64,000 nt of DNA, taken from positions 6,634,001-6,698,000 of the forward strand of contig CP075495.1 in the NCBI GenBank assembly GCA_021613535.1, in the 5' to 3' direction. The translations under genes were made by a program, and so were the position numbers. Origin of the DNA: Adineta vaga. Taxonomy: Eukaryota; Animalia; Rotifera. The notes beneath the pieces were generated by a model that saw only the letters and a program-made list of their open reading frames with translations, was not told the origin of the DNA and did no database searches. How positions within the stretch are numbered: position 1 is the stretch's first letter; the number at the start of each line of letters is the position of its first letter. Below, one piece after another: positions 38,171-52,882 of the stretch.

Positions 38171-41100
38171 TTATAAACAAAAACAAACAATGAATATTCT
38201 TTATCCTAAGACATGCTCATATCTATTCTATCTACAATGCTAGATCAATTTCTTTTTCTCTTGTTTTTATCTCAATAGATCAATTCAATGTGTGTTCTCG
38301 TGTAATTGTATCTCTTCTTGTCGCAATCTGCCGCAAAAAAATCAATGTCTTTTTTTCTCTCTCTTTCTCTCTCTCTTTTGCTCTTCTCTTTGTCTCGTCC
38401 GTATTGATCTCCTGTAAATATTTCAATCTTTGATTCTCTATTGTCTCCTCTTGTAAGTGCGCAATCGGAGTTGCAATAGAGATGCTCTTTGCTCTCTATC
38501 TTTATCCATCCGTCAAACTTGACTACTACTATTCATTATAGTTACATTTACAACAGTGCAATGATATACATACTTATATATATATATACATACATACATA
38601 CATATACACAGACGCACACACATCGCTTTCTTCTACGAGTAGAGCAAACATTAGGAAAAAAAATCGCTAAAAGTCTTCGTGTAGTATTTGCACTACTTTT
38701 TCAAATCTCTTTTTGTCTCTGTGTTTGTTCGTGTCGTGTAACAGTGTATATAGGTACCATCTTGTTTCTTTTCGCAGTGATGGGGGCGCGAAACATTCCC
38801 AAATATGTCACTCTGTTTCGTTTAAAAGTAGTGCTATTCCTAAACAGTGTGTGTGCGTATTTTTGAATCTTGTCGTCGTCTTCGTCGTCAATTTCCCGTC
38901 CTTCATTTTGATTAATTGCAATAACGAATGATTTCTAAACAAAACAAAAAAACCTCCAAAACCAAAGCAAAACATTAAGATCATCACTCTTTTCCTCCTC
39001 ATCTATTTCTATAATATTTAATGCAAAAAAAGAATAATCTAAATCTATTTCGATTTCTTTTCTTTACTTCTTCCTTCATACTCTTATCATATCTGTCTAT
39101 GTGTAGAAAACTCATTAATAATCTTTTTTTTCTGCTTCGTTTCTTTTTACTCATCAATACATCGATCCGCTTTCCGAATGACAAGAAAAACAAGCCCTAT
39201 TCTTCTTAATACATATATACATTCTATGTTTGAATCAATATGTGTGTATTTTTCCCTGTCTCTCTCTCTCTTTTTTCTTACTGCTCGCAACTAGATGAAA
39301 AAAGGCGTACAACTAACGACAAAACTGTGTACGTGTTTAACAGATGAGAGAAAAAATTATAATTCTTTCTGGATGTTCTTCTTTTTTTTCCTCTCACCAC
39401 CATGTGTGTGTGTGTATGCGTGTAACAAAATGAATTAATGTGAATGTGCCTCTTTTTTTTCCTTTCATTCTGTTCTTTTCACTATTTCATTCATTATTTC
39501 CTTTGTTGTTCTGATAACAAAGCGTACCAATGATATACTTACTTTGACTTAATCACTCATAGTGTACACAAAATAATATTGATGAAAATCAAAAAAAAAA
39601 ATTTCGTCAGAGCTTATTGAATTAAACTCACTGTACAACAGCAGCTGATATAAAAGATAATCAGATCGAACATATCGATGATTAATATTGAAAAAAAAGT
39701 TTGTTTTCTACTTGTTGGATGTACTAAGAGATTGAAGAGAGGAAAGGAAAGAAACATTTATGAAAAACATTGTGAAGGTTATGGATACTATTTTCCTTGT
39801 TTATGCAACCAGACGATTCGTCATCACCGTCAGAAGGCTATTTACAATCATTAATCAAAGAAAGAGAGTGAAATATCAGGTTATACTTTAAGAATAATCC
39901 GTATTATTCATATGTTTGATTAATTTTGAATGTTTAAATGAAAAAATGGCTTAGTTTATAGTAAGTTAAATACAAGTATATGTATGTAGGATATTCTTTG
40001 CTATATGAAAGATTGATTATAAATAAAAAGGTTTAATTGTAAATGGCCTTTGTTCGAATATCTATAGAAAATACACCTTTTTTTAATATCCATATCAATC
40101 AAATATTCATAAGTTTTTCTGTAGCCTTGGCTAAAAAGAATGCACATTGAACTTTAGTTGTACCTGTTTTATTTTCTTTTTATAAATATACAATATGTTA
40201 ATTATAAAAAGAGCGAGCGGAGAAAATGAAGAAAGTTTGATAATTATTATGCTTTGGTTGACAACAAGAATGCGTGAGAGAAAAGATGAGTAATGATATA
40301 TTTTTAAAACGAGGGGCGATTGCCAGCAGCTTGCCTTGATGTAATTAGTCTAAATTAACGGATATAACAATGTGTCAAATACTTTTCAAATTTTCTACTT
40401 ATTTTTTTAATAATACCGCATGATTTGAAAAATAGTAAACCGAAGAGATAGTTCGACACCTTCCTTGAGTTATTATAAATCTATCTATATATATATATAT
40501 GTTCTTTTCAATACCTAATTGATTACTTTTTTACGTATAAAATTGACTGAATCATTTTATCAAATTTCTATTGAAATTAGATGTTTTTTTTCAAAATGGA
40601 CCAAATATTTAGGCATGGAGTTGAGAAGCATAAAGTACATTAGATATATAATTAGAAAAAAATAGTATTATGAATAATAAATTAGTTTCTTTTTCTTTTT
40701 GCGAGACCTGTCAGTTTATCTTTGATTTCTTTTTGTTATTTCAGTTCTCTCTAGAAAGAAGTCATCTGGTATACGCGTACTTTTTTTTTGTGTTCTGCGC
40801 GTATATAATATGTGCATGCGCTCTCGCTCGTTTTTTATCACATTTTCATTGCAACTTTCATGGCGTGATGTATTTTTATTTATCTTCTAACATCACATTC
40901 TATTGGATCAATTATTACAAATACATAGTCCATCACAGTTAAGTAGTAGAAAATGTATTTCGTAGAAATAACTTGAATTGCATTCATCAGATGAAAAACT
41001 TTTGTCAGTTTTTATCTCTGGAAATTTATCGTCATTGGCTTATTCGATGGATAAATAATGTGTGTGTTCCTATGCTAGTAAAAGGACTAGTTGATTTAAT

Positions 41101-41460
41101 TGTGATCAATTGAAAGAGTTCTCCTTTTCTCGCCGACAGAAAATACATTCAATTTCAGTTACAAAGTCATGTATTTCTGAAAAATGCTCTGCTTTTTTTT
41201 CGGTACTTTCTTTATTCATCGAATATTTGATCACATAAAAATAAATTTTTATTTTTTTGTAGACAAAAGGATATCGATTCCTTCGATTCTTTTCATTTGA
41301 AAAAAGAAACATCGTCATAAAAAAAAGGAAAATAATCATTATTTTGCTACTTTACAATACTCCGTTTCTTTTGCTTTCATTCTATGACGCACATAATTGT
41401 CTAGCATGCATTCACTGCGTGCTCGAGTCGAAGTATACCCACGAACTCCAGCGAAGCAGT

Positions 41461-41470
41461 TATATAAAAA
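41461..41470 (+). promoter_or_regulatory. Possible TATA box of the NR1-type nuclear receptor gene
   Basis: TATATAAAAA flanked by GC-richer sequence and followed by a pyrimidine-rich leader and several apparent 5'-UTR splice sites before the ATG at 42350. Confidence 0.3.
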
Positions 41471-42349
41471 AATCGGCCTTAACGTCCCCATATGACCTCC
41501 TTTTGCTATTCTCTCGTTCTCTTTCTTACTTTTTACGACGTCGTCTGTTCCGATCGTGCTTTATAATTTCTCTCGCTCGTTTTGTCGGTTTTTCCTTTTC
41601 TTTTTCTGGGCTATTCTTCGATTCATACATCTACCTTGATGACTACTTACATAGTTACGAAACACTGTATTCATATATTATCTTCCGGATAAGTACATTT
41701 TACTTTTTTTTTCTTCTAAACTAACCGAAAATGATTACACACATTTTCGTTATGCATCGTTTTTTTTCTGTAATTTTGTAATGTTTCGTTAGATTTTAAT
41801 TTTGAAACAATCTTTGATACAGATGTTTTCGATTAGAAAATACTGTTTAATTTAAAAAAAGTATATTAGAAAAAAAAATCCGAAGAAAAAGAAATAGATC
41901 TTATATAACCGTCTATTCAACCGTATATAGATCGACTAAGTACATTGCTGATGTTTTTAGAAGTTCTCGTCGTGCTGAATCTATAGTGACGTTATTTTCT
42001 CTCTATTTTTTTTGTTCTCGTTCTTCTTCCTTTTCTCCTCTGAATATATCTATCGTCTCGCTTACATTATAATGACAGTCTGCAGACGAAATATAAGGAC
42101 GGTACATGTGACCCACATGTATGTACTTTTATCGCTACAATCATTTTATTCTTTGATTCATTGCTTTCATTTCGTTTAAACAGCAATTAAAGAAACTACC
42201 TTCAAGGTTTTATATCGAACATCGCCTCACATATATTCCAATGAAGGTATAAAACAACAAGCATATTTAATTTTGTTAATTTTGTTTTAGATCATACCGA
42301 TATATTTACAAATATTTATCGTACTTGAATTCTTTTCTTTCATTTAATC

Positions 42350-45300
42350 ATGACGGAAAGTCTAATGATTTGTAAACCAGATAGTGAAGATGAACTGACA
42401 AAAGTGCCAACTGCTGGATCATCATCATCTCGATCTAGTACTCCAACTAGTACATCGAAAAATAAAAGAGCACGATTAACCTTTCCATTTGGTGCATGGT
42501 AAATATTAGACTTCTTTTTCTTTTTTGCAAAAAAAAACAACAAATGCTTTCACAAATAATTTATGTGTTCGTTTTTCTTTTGATGAATTTTTAGTCGTGT
42601 ATGCTCAGATTCAGCAACTGGTATTCATTATGGAATTGCTACATGTGAAGGATGTAAAGTAAGTACTAATCATCGATAAACATTTAGCGAAAAACATCGC
42701 AATCATTCAGTTTCGTACCTTTTCCTTTTTGATTTCAATACAATCAAAGAAGTCAGACGATAGAGATTATTTTTGAATGATTCTTTTTGTATTGAAATTT
42801 CTTATAGTTTTCTTCTTTGAAAGTAATATATTTATTCTTATTTTAAGGGTTTCTTCAAACGAAGTATTCTTCGTAAAGAAAAATATCGATGCTATTTTGA
42901 CAATTCATGTCTGATTAACGTGAGTAATCGTAATCGATGTAAAGCTTGTCGATTTCGACGATGTATCAGCGAAGGCATGTCTGTTGATGGTACGATATTT
43001 GATGGTTTTTATTTTAAGAATATGTCTGTATTTGCTGTTTTTAGGTGTAAAAATGGGCCGAATACCAAAAATAGTTAAAGAAAGAGCACTACGCGAACAA
43101 AAAGAACAACAAATGAGACAAGAAGCACTTTTAATAGAAACCAATGAACGGCCAGATGAAGTTCATGCAAGAGAATCCTCATGTTCATCATTATCGGATC
43201 GTAGTATTGAAAATTACGATCCAAATCTAATGGAAATAGGTAAAGAAAAAAGCCTGATTATTTTTGTTATTATTCTTTGTCGGCAGGAAAGAAAAAAAAA
43301 CTATATTCATCGAGAAGAACGTCGTAAAAGACGACGAAAGAAAAGAGAATGTACCGAAAAAGAAGGGGAGTACTCGTGACTTCTCTTAATCGAGTTTCTC
43401 CATTATATATTCTTTGCAACTTTCTCGGTCAAGAGTAACGTCGGGTTTATTTTACATAAAGAAAAGATAAATACTATTTTTGCGCGAATAGTCTTTTTTG
43501 TTGTTGCTAAAACATGAATTAATCATTTGAGAGAATGTTCTCAATTGATGACTGATGATTCTACAGGAAATTATGTGGGTTTACTACGTAAAGTGTTGGA
43601 ATGTTAAATACAGAAAATGACGCCCGCTGAGGTTGATAGAGTATCATAATGAAATATTTTCCTCCATATGTTTTATACGTAGAGCTGTTAATTAACTTAA
43701 AAAAAGGTTATAAATAATAAATATAGATATTTAGACGTCTAGGACTTTTATCACTCGGAACAAACAATAAAACAATCATCAAGCTATTACTATTTATAAA
43801 CTATAAGCCTCTTATGTTGTAGACTCCTTGTAAAAGTTTTCTAATAGTTGTGTGCATGTATTAAGAAGCGAAAAGTATCAAATTAACATTTTTTTACTAG
43901 ATTAGCCTCACCAAGTTATAATGTCGCATCTGGCGGCACAGTACTTTATATAGTAAATTCACACTATTTCTAGAAGAATTTGTAGTGCTAATATTATTGA
44001 TAGGACAACAGCTAAAAGGCATTTCTTGTAATAAAAAAATATTATTTTTAAACAAAGTTCTTCTTGAATAAATTTCGAATAATATTTATTTAATGTATTA
44101 GGTTCACCTGTTCGACGACATCATGATGAACCCACAAAAATAGCTGCTAACCATATTCAACCATTCAATAATCAGCGAATAAAACGTTTACAAAAAATAT
44201 CTGAACATGATATTAATTCCTCATCTGTATTTCATAATCAATCAAAAAATGCAACAATAATCTATCAAACGAAATATCCAACATTTCTTCCACATGATTT
44301 TACATTAGATGAAACTATTGGATTAACCGAACATTCTACAAGTCCTTTATCATATGATGTATTTCAACACGTTATAACTGTATCAAATAAATTAAGTCAG
44401 AATAAAGCACACTTATTGGTTCAATTAGATGAAGATGAATTAACATTTATCAGGTAAAGATATTGTTTTCATTAGAGAAATTGAATTGATTTTCTTTTCT
44501 ATTGATCTTAGATTTCTTCGTTGGTCATCATATAATATTTTTGGACGATATTCCAAACGAGTTAAACAGTTAGAACTACGAATGAGTCATATGATTCAGG
44601 ATGGTATCAATGAATTTCCTGGTGATAATGGTACAAACGAAGAATTCTTTCAAGTTCTTCAAAGTTAGTTGACAAAGAACGACTTTTAGTTTCATTGACA
44701 TAGAAGTATTTTCTTTTTCTGTTTAATAGAAAGTCTCGCAGTTATTACTCGAAGCAATGTTTTTTACGCTCAAGAGGTATGTAAAGAAATTTCAAGGGAT
44801 TTTTCTAATCTGTTCTATTTTAGCTTCCTGGTATGAAAAATATCGATTCAAACGTTCTACAAAAACTACTTTTACGTCGATCATTTGATTGGTTTATTGT
44901 AAGGATTACTAAACACAAAATGTCGCTTAAATTCATCAGTTTTTTTTTATTTCAATTCTAGCTCAAATATAGTTCTTTATTGAATAAAAATGGTCAATTC
45001 TATTTTGTTTCATCGGATGGATTTCAATTTAGTCGTCAATGGATGAATTTATTCTACGGCATAGAAATGACAGATGCAATCTTTGAATTCAGTCAATGTT
45101 TACATGAATTGCATCTCGAAGAAACCGAACTTGCTCTTATTATACCTTTACAAATGTTACATTCAGGTTAGTATTCTTTATTAAGGTTCATGCTTTTTCT
45201 TTCTAATTAAAAAAACGTTTTTTTCGTCTATAGATTCAAGTATGCAAAATGAAGAAATCTTACGGATGTTACGTGCTTGTTATTTATATGCACTCTACGA

Positions 45301-45542
45301 AGAATTATGTCATAATCGTGGTGAAATAGAAGGAAGAATCGTTTGTAGTAAAATTTTACAGGTATATTTTCAATTTGAATACGATTAATAGGAAGAAAAC
45401 GAATTATATATTTAGATCCTTGATCAACTTATACCGATTAATGAATATTACGAAAAAAATATTGCATCTCGTGTTTTGCAAGGTAGGAAAGATGATTGTT
45501 TTCGAATTCATCACAATTCTTCTTTTTCTATTTTTAGTATAA
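42350..45542 (+). CDS. Nuclear receptor of the NR1 group (E75/Rev-erb/E78/ROR-like DBD)
   Basis: [29 protein letters not shown]...CYFDNSCLINVSNRNRCKACRFRRCISEGMS..GVKMGRIPK; LBD exons with FYAQELPG and LHLEETELAL; last exon contributes only 5 coding nt. Confidence 0.92.
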
Positions 45543-46593
45543 AACAATTATTCAAACATCCGGTTTGCTTTCCGATGATCTCAATCATTTTACATATTCT
45601 CACAGAAACTTACATGTTTTTTTTTGCCTTCGTTGTTTCGAGTTGTTAACTTTAGATTTTATCATCATTCACTTTCATATAGTTTTGAGATTCATATTCG
45701 AAAAAAGAACAGTGGCATATATTTTTTCTTTTTTTGTTGTTTAACTTTCCATTATAATGCTTACAGTATACAAAAAAACGAACAAATAAAAAACGGATGT
45801 GGACCCATAAATTATTGAATTGTTTTTTTTTCATTAGCAGCTTATCATTTTTATGACAAAGATGTATATTAATGCATCAAATTTGATTATGCTGTCAATA
45901 TCATATTTTGAGGGATTATGTTTTGTAGCTTAGGCTTCAGTACTTTATCAATTAGAAAACTATTTCAAGGTGATGCGAACAAATTGAGTACCTTTATTTT
46001 TAGCTCATGATAGTAAAAATAAAGAGAAAGCATGAGAGAGAGAAAGAGTGAGATAAGAATAGATATGGTTATTTTTATAGAAGTAGTGAAAAAGTCGTCA
46101 TTTCTTTATCAAATAATTATATTCTAGAATATATAGAATAGGAATCGTGAAAATCAAAATAAAGTATGTCAAAAATTAAAGTTGAATTCGTTTTCGTCGA
46201 TTAATTGTTTAAATAAATTTACATATATCTTCCAGAAAGTTCTGGTAGATATAAACAAAAGGTTTGGCTATTGCAACAATGTCCATAGTTGTCGAATATG
46301 AACTTTGAAAGAAACAAAAACAAATCTTATATTTTGAGTTTATTAACAGAAGAGATCTTAGAAATGTATAATTAGAAATTGCGTTTTTTCGACAAATATA
46401 TATATTCAGAAAAAATCAAATGAAAATTTATTTTCTTTGATTTGAAAGATGTTTTTTTTTCTTTCATTGGGCGTAATTAAGGGAATATATTGAAATTTAA
46501 TCAAAAGAAACTAAAAAAATATCGGATTCTTTTGTATTACTTTCATTTGTCTTTGAAAGCAACATTTCATTCAGACGAACAATCCGCTTCAAG

Positions 46594-49248
46594 ATGTCGA
46601 TTGATGTGACTAATCTTGGAACGTTAACTCCAATTCATACAAATTTTGGTAGCAATAAAGATGATCTTCTTGTAGTTGAATACGTGTACCACAAACGAAT
46701 ATAAAACAAACACTTTTTTTCAAATATGGTCAACTTTCTATACCTAAATGGGCATTGATTCCAGCAGCTATTTTAACATTTGGTTTAATCACAGCATTAT
46801 GTGCTGTGATTGTTAATGCTATTCTTTCACAAGCTGTAGCAACAGTTACATATTCACAAGAATGTGGTAAATTATCAAAATGTAAAGAAGGTGTAGGTTT
46901 GATTTGTGGATCTGGAGGACGATGTGTATGTCCAAGTACGCAATATTGGTACGAAAATAAATGTGATGCACAACCAACATATGGAGAAAAATGTAATCAA
47001 ACAACTGAATGTCGTACAGATCTTAATTTAGTATGTGCCGAATTTGATAATCTGTGTAATTGTCCAAATGCATCTAAAGTTCAAACATGTGATTGTCTTT
47101 CAACTTCATATTGGACTGGATCAATATGTACTGATCGAAGTAGTTTTGAAGGTAGGAAGAACAAAAACCAATATGTATTGAATTCAAATGAATATATGTT
47201 GTTTTTAGGTTCATGCAATGTTGTTGATACGGATTATCAATGTTTATATGATCTCTATTGTAATGGTTCAATGTGTATATGTGGACCCAATACTCAATAT
47301 TGGAATTCAACTGCTAATTCGTGTTTTCCTGTTGATGAATATCTTTCTCTTTGTGATCTAACAACATCTTATAGTTGTGATCAAAGTGCTGGATTGTATT
47401 GTTTAACACCTGGTCAAGGTTCACAATGTCCATTTAACGCTACTTCTTCTTCAACATCATGCGATTGTACTAATGGAACATATTGGAATGGCGGATCATG
47501 TGTTAGTAAAAAACTTATCAATACAGCTTGTTTTTGGAATTGTGAATGTGATAGTGATCGTGGCCTTTCATGCCTTAATATGACATGTCTTTGTCCGACG
47601 AAATACTATTGGTCAACATTGACGAATCCACCTGCTTGTGTACCACAAAAAAATTATACGGATACAACATGCTTTAATACAAGTGAATGTGATACAACAC
47701 AAGGTTTAACATGTTATCTATCTGGAACATCGTGTAATTGTCCACAACCTTCAGTAATTAAAATGTGTGATTGTTTAACAACTCAATATTATGATTCTAA
47801 TCTAACATCATGTCAAACACTTCAATTGTATAACGAAACATGTTATGGTAGTTACATGTGTGATAACACTGTCGGCCTTTTCTGTCAGACAAATGTAAGT
47901 AGTGCAACTAATTGTTCATGTCCAGAACCTATTCGTTTAAGTAAGTATCATATTATTATTGATAGTATCTATTGATAATATTCTTTAAGATATGTGTGAT
48001 TGTAATATCACATCCTATTGGGATGGTACTGCGTGTGTAGCACGTTTAGCACCAAATATATCATGTACATATGATTATGAATGTCAAGCTGGTTATGTAT
48101 GTATTGTGAATGAAACTGATATTGGCCATTTCTCTGATGTATGCCGTTGTCCACTAGGACAATATTATGTCAATGGAACTGGTTGTATACCATCGCTCAA
48201 TTATTCGGAACCTTGTGTTGGATCATATCAATGTTATGAAATATCACCACTTTATTGTCGTTATAATTATTCAAATGTAACATGTTTAGGTATAGGTTAT
48301 TTACCGGCATGTGATTGTCAAGATAATTATTATTATAGTAGCTTAAATCGTTCTTGTTTAGCACTTTTAAATCGGTATGAGACTTGTGAAGAACCCTGTC
48401 AATGTGTTCAACCATTTACTTGTAAACAAGATGATTTCAAGTGTGATTGTATGTATTTTTATAGTTCTTTAAATCAAACATGTGTTCAATATTTACAATA
48501 TGGTGACAATTGCTCAAGTACAGCACAATGTGAAAACACAACAAATGCTTTTATGATTTGTGATAATGGTGCATGCGCTTGTAATTCATCAGGTTATTGG
48601 AATGGATCACAATGTGTATTTACAACTAATTTTCGTATGACATGCACTAAGAAAAGTCAATGTTATGGGGATCTCGATTGTCGAACAATCGATTGTCTAG
48701 GTTCAGGTAAAGTGTGTGTATGTCCTAATGGTAAATATTTTTCAACAGTTAATACAAGTTGTGTACAATGTAATGGTAATGATGGTGATTATGAAAGAGA
48801 GGTTGTTTATCTTGCTGATCGGGATGTTTGCGCTGCGTTTCGTTCACCGCGTACCTCACCAAGTAGGACATATACTTCTGCTAATACAGATTGTTCCGGT
48901 CTTGTACCATTTGGATCAAATAATGTACCTTGGTTACTCAGTCTTCATACTGGATCTGATCTAAAATGCCTTAATCAAGTTATGAAATCCTTCGATGATA
49001 AAGCAACATGTTCGGATGAATTATACTATCTTGGTCTAAATAGTTCTACAGCATTATTCTTTGATGGAACTCCATATTATTCGATCTTTACAAGTCCAAC
49101 TTTCAGTGGATCAAATTGTCTTACCATATGTTTAAGTAATAAAGACAATGCTACTTTATCCGCTAAACCTTGCTCTGGTAATACTGGATGGTTTGATTCC
49201 AGTAGATATGGTGCTATTTGTGACTATCGGGTACCTTCATACATATAA
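46594..49248 (+). CDS. Type II membrane protein with many Cys-rich EB/EGF-like repeats and a C-terminal C-type-lectin-like domain; frame break near 46682
   Basis: N-terminal hydrophobic span, repeated CxC...YW.G..C....Y...C....EC units, many NxS/T sites, end YYLGLN...FFDGT...NCL...KPC...AICDY; introns about 47152-47209 and 47941-47989. Confidence 0.8.
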
Positions 49249-50246
49249 TTTGGAACCTAAAACTGAAATTCTTTTCGATCAATATTTAATTTGCTCTCGT
49301 TTTAACATACTTTCTACTCATTTATATTGTGGATTCATTTATTTGGTTTCTTTTTTATCATATTTTATTTATTATACTGTAATTTTAACTATGAGATCGC
49401 TTGTCAAAAAACAAATTCCTATATACCAAACATTCTTTACTCTTCTTCATTTCATTCAAATAAATAATTGAACGAAAAATCATTGTTTGCTTTGTTTTGA
49501 ATTTTCGAATAATGTTTTGATATAACGAAGAGACTAAGCCAATCATCTTGTATATTTTATTCTCAAGAAGAAATCGAAAGTATTCCACGCTTGATATAAT
49601 ATAGATTTCGTTTGATTATCAATACATGTTCCAGTCTTAACTTATTAATAAACAAGTAAAAATAGCAATCAAATTGTTTCTGAACTGCATCTTATTCTAA
49701 GGATATTATATCTTTGCTTTTGTACTTAAAAATTGATGATTGTGTGACAATCTATTATTAATCAAACAAGAAAAAAAGAAACTATTCTAATATAATCGCT
49801 TTTTTAATATTTTTATTCCGTAAGACATGCTTACCTTTCCTGTCAATCTATCTTCGAAAAGAAATCATCCAACAACATATACATATATATATATTATATT
49901 ATATTAACAAAAAAAATCATATATATTCTTTGCTTTTGATCTATCTGTAGACATGCAATCATTCAACCTTATTAATAAAGATTTAAACTATAAATATAAC
50001 GGAAAAGTAATAACATGCTTTGAAATCAGATCATATTATTGTATCAATAATCTATAATTTAAATATAAATTCTAATGACATGTCCGATTAGAAGAAAAGG
50101 TATAATTATTAAGCAATACCTTTCCTTTTTTTATTAAAAAAACGTTTTTGTCTAGTATCAATCGTCGATTAGATTTCATTCTTTCTCTTTCTATCTTTCG
50201 AGTAAAGTTTAAAAAAATATGTAAACATATATTTATTTCTATCTTA

Positions 50247-51577
50247 TCACGATGATGATGATGATGATGATGATGACGAACAACAGCAACAACAATAACG
50301 AGGAAAAAATGATTGATGAGTTTTTTTCTTTTTTATTTTTGTCTTTCTTGTTTTCATTCGACTATTAATTTCACGTACAATTTCGGCAAATGTATCATTA
50401 ACATTAATAGCTAATTTAGCTGATGTTTCAACATATGGACATGTCCATGATTGTGCTAAAGCAAGTGCATCATCGGGAGTAACTTGCCGTTGTAAAGTTG
50501 CATCACATTTATTTCCAACTAAACAAATAGGAACATTTTCTGTGCCTTTAACGCGTAGAATTTGTTCTCGAACAGTACGAGCATCGAGAAATGATTGCCA
50601 AGATGTTAAACTAAAGACAACAAGAAATCCTCGACCATTTTTTATATAAAGATCACGCATAGATGCAAATTGTTCAGTACCTAAATAATTGCATCATTGC
50701 ATAGATATAAAAATCGAAAATCAAACAAACCAGCTGTATCAAGAATTTCTAAATAAGCTGGTTCACCATCAACTTCAATCTCTTTACGATAAAAATCCTA
50801 AAAGAAAAACGGAAGAATAATTATTCTATATAATAATGAAATTGATTAGGAAGTGTCTCTTTCTTTCTTTCTTTCTTTCTTTAATCGATTTTGACATTAA
50901 GAAGCAACGGTCTTGATTTCCATGGAGAAAATATTATTTCGATATTTAGTTTTCTTTTCAGAGGAAAAAAAGAACTATTGAACTTGATGAGTCGACTATT
51001 TTTTCTTGTCTAGGTTCTCTAGTTGAACAGTACTAATCAATTCTAAGTTTTTTGCATATGATAATCTTTTCCTTTGCTTCGTTCTTTTTTTTTAATAGAA
51101 ATTATCAATCTCAATGATTGTCTATATCTTCACTTCATTAAAAAGGGATATGACATTTCTAATTCTACATGCAAAGTTGTTTTTATCAAAAATATTATTA
51201 AGCATTATAATTAAGTTATTTAAATCGAATTATTCTCATAAGATCTTCTCGAAACAATCTAATTTATATTGAAAAAAAAACATCCGTAGTTTCTTACCAA
51301 TGAAATCTATCCTTCGATTCTATACATTTCATTGCCTTCTACGTTTGATTTTCAAGGACAACTATTTTACAATAGAATGCATTCTCTCAAAAATAATTAT
51401 TCTAATGTTTTGTTTTCTTTTTGTTTTAGAAGAAAATATTCAAAAATTCTTATTGACGATACTTACTTCAATTGTTGGATCATATTTTTCCACGAATTTC
51501 GAATGACAAAATTGTACAGTTAACGCTGATTTACCAACACCACCTGGCCCAAGGACTACTACTTTATATTCTCTCAT
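50247..51577 (-). CDS. RAP2: Rap2-like small GTPase (exons 51577-51467, 50797-50731, 50680-50247)
   Basis: [23 protein letters not shown]...YDPTIE|[11 protein letters not shown]...ILDTA|[16 protein letters not shown]...NKCD...ETSAK. Confidence 0.93.
50250..50277 (-). repeat. (TCA)n coding microsatellite giving the terminal poly-Ser of Rap2
   Basis: Plus strand reads (gat) x8. Confidence 0.85.
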
Positions 51578-52837
51578 ATTGACAGCTAAACCGATGTGGC
51601 TGCTGTTGACGAGGTAAAAGCAAGCAGCTCATTAAATGTTACTGCGCATACTTGTCTACGTAGTGAAGGAGAAGTGCTTGTGTAGAAATATTAATGGACG
51701 TGTATATATAAAGAACAAAAATCTACAAAAAAAAAAGAAGAATATGATGATGATGATGATGATGACAACAAGTGGCAGCATGTCACACGTTTATACATTC
51801 TATAATTGTGTAAAGCAAAAATTTATGTCAATTTCTTTTTTCATTATTTTCTCTCTTTCTCTTGTTCTTTTTCTGTACAATACTTTAGTATAGCATATGA
51901 TTACGATTCTTCTTTCGTCGGAGATGATGAGGTTAACATCGAGAGCATTTAGAAGTTTTTATCAGCTAGATGAAGAAGAGTATTATATAATCTTACCGTT
52001 ATTATCACAAACGAAAAACGAAGTTGATTTCGTCGACACATTGATTAGAAAAAAAAAGAAAGAAAGAACTGACATTTTGACAAATATTCAAAGAGAAAGA
52101 AAAAGAAAAAAAGACAACTTGCACGCATGCACGGTATAGCTAAATGTCCGTATATATATATATACATATATGTATATGTATCATTACACACAAGATTGTA
52201 AAGAAGTATAAAAAGAAATAGATTCTTCTTTCTTTTTTGCAATATAAATAGTGCCGCTGACCTGATCGATGGCATCGATGCAAGCAAGCATTTCTACACA
52301 TACGTGGTGCAATAAAGTCATTGTCTAATCTTTTCTAATAGTAGAACAAGCAAGATATATACTTGCAGTATTGCTGTTGTTGAGACATCATTTATCAAAT
52401 TGAATATCGCTTGCAGTACAAGTGACAATCAATAGGAGTATATAATACAAATATAAGACATTCGATCTTTATCGTCTTCTTTCGTTGTCAATTTTTTCTT
52501 CTTCTCCTTCTCCTTCTTCTTCTTCTTCTTTATCGTTGTTGTAGCCGTTATTGCACACACCCTCAAGCATCGACATTTGAATATATTTCTCGCGCGTCTA
52601 CTTGCTTGTGCGTACGACTAATCGCTTTATCTTACTTACAACAACAATATAACTCGCCGCATATATATATATATATGTATACTAAAATGACATATGTATT
52701 TTAGCGAATATAAATATAGATGTATGGGCACAAGTGCATATGCGATAGTTGATGATCATTTTAGTGTATAGAATGTACAGCAAAAACTCTTGACCACTCT
52801 CACTCTCTTTTCTTCTTTATCGTTCATCATTACTGCA

Positions 52838-52882
52838 ATATATATATACATGTATATATATATATATATGAGTGTGTGTATG
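52838..52882. repeat. (TA)n/(TG)n microsatellite; similar tracts near 3361, 38577, 52151, 52661 and 59345
   Basis: Direct reading of dinucleotide runs. Confidence 0.8.

Noticed and set aside
1088-45542. CK1 delta/epsilon and a Rev-erb-like receptor as a circadian gene cluster
   Set aside because: About 40 kb apart with many unrelated genes between; no evidence of functional linkage.
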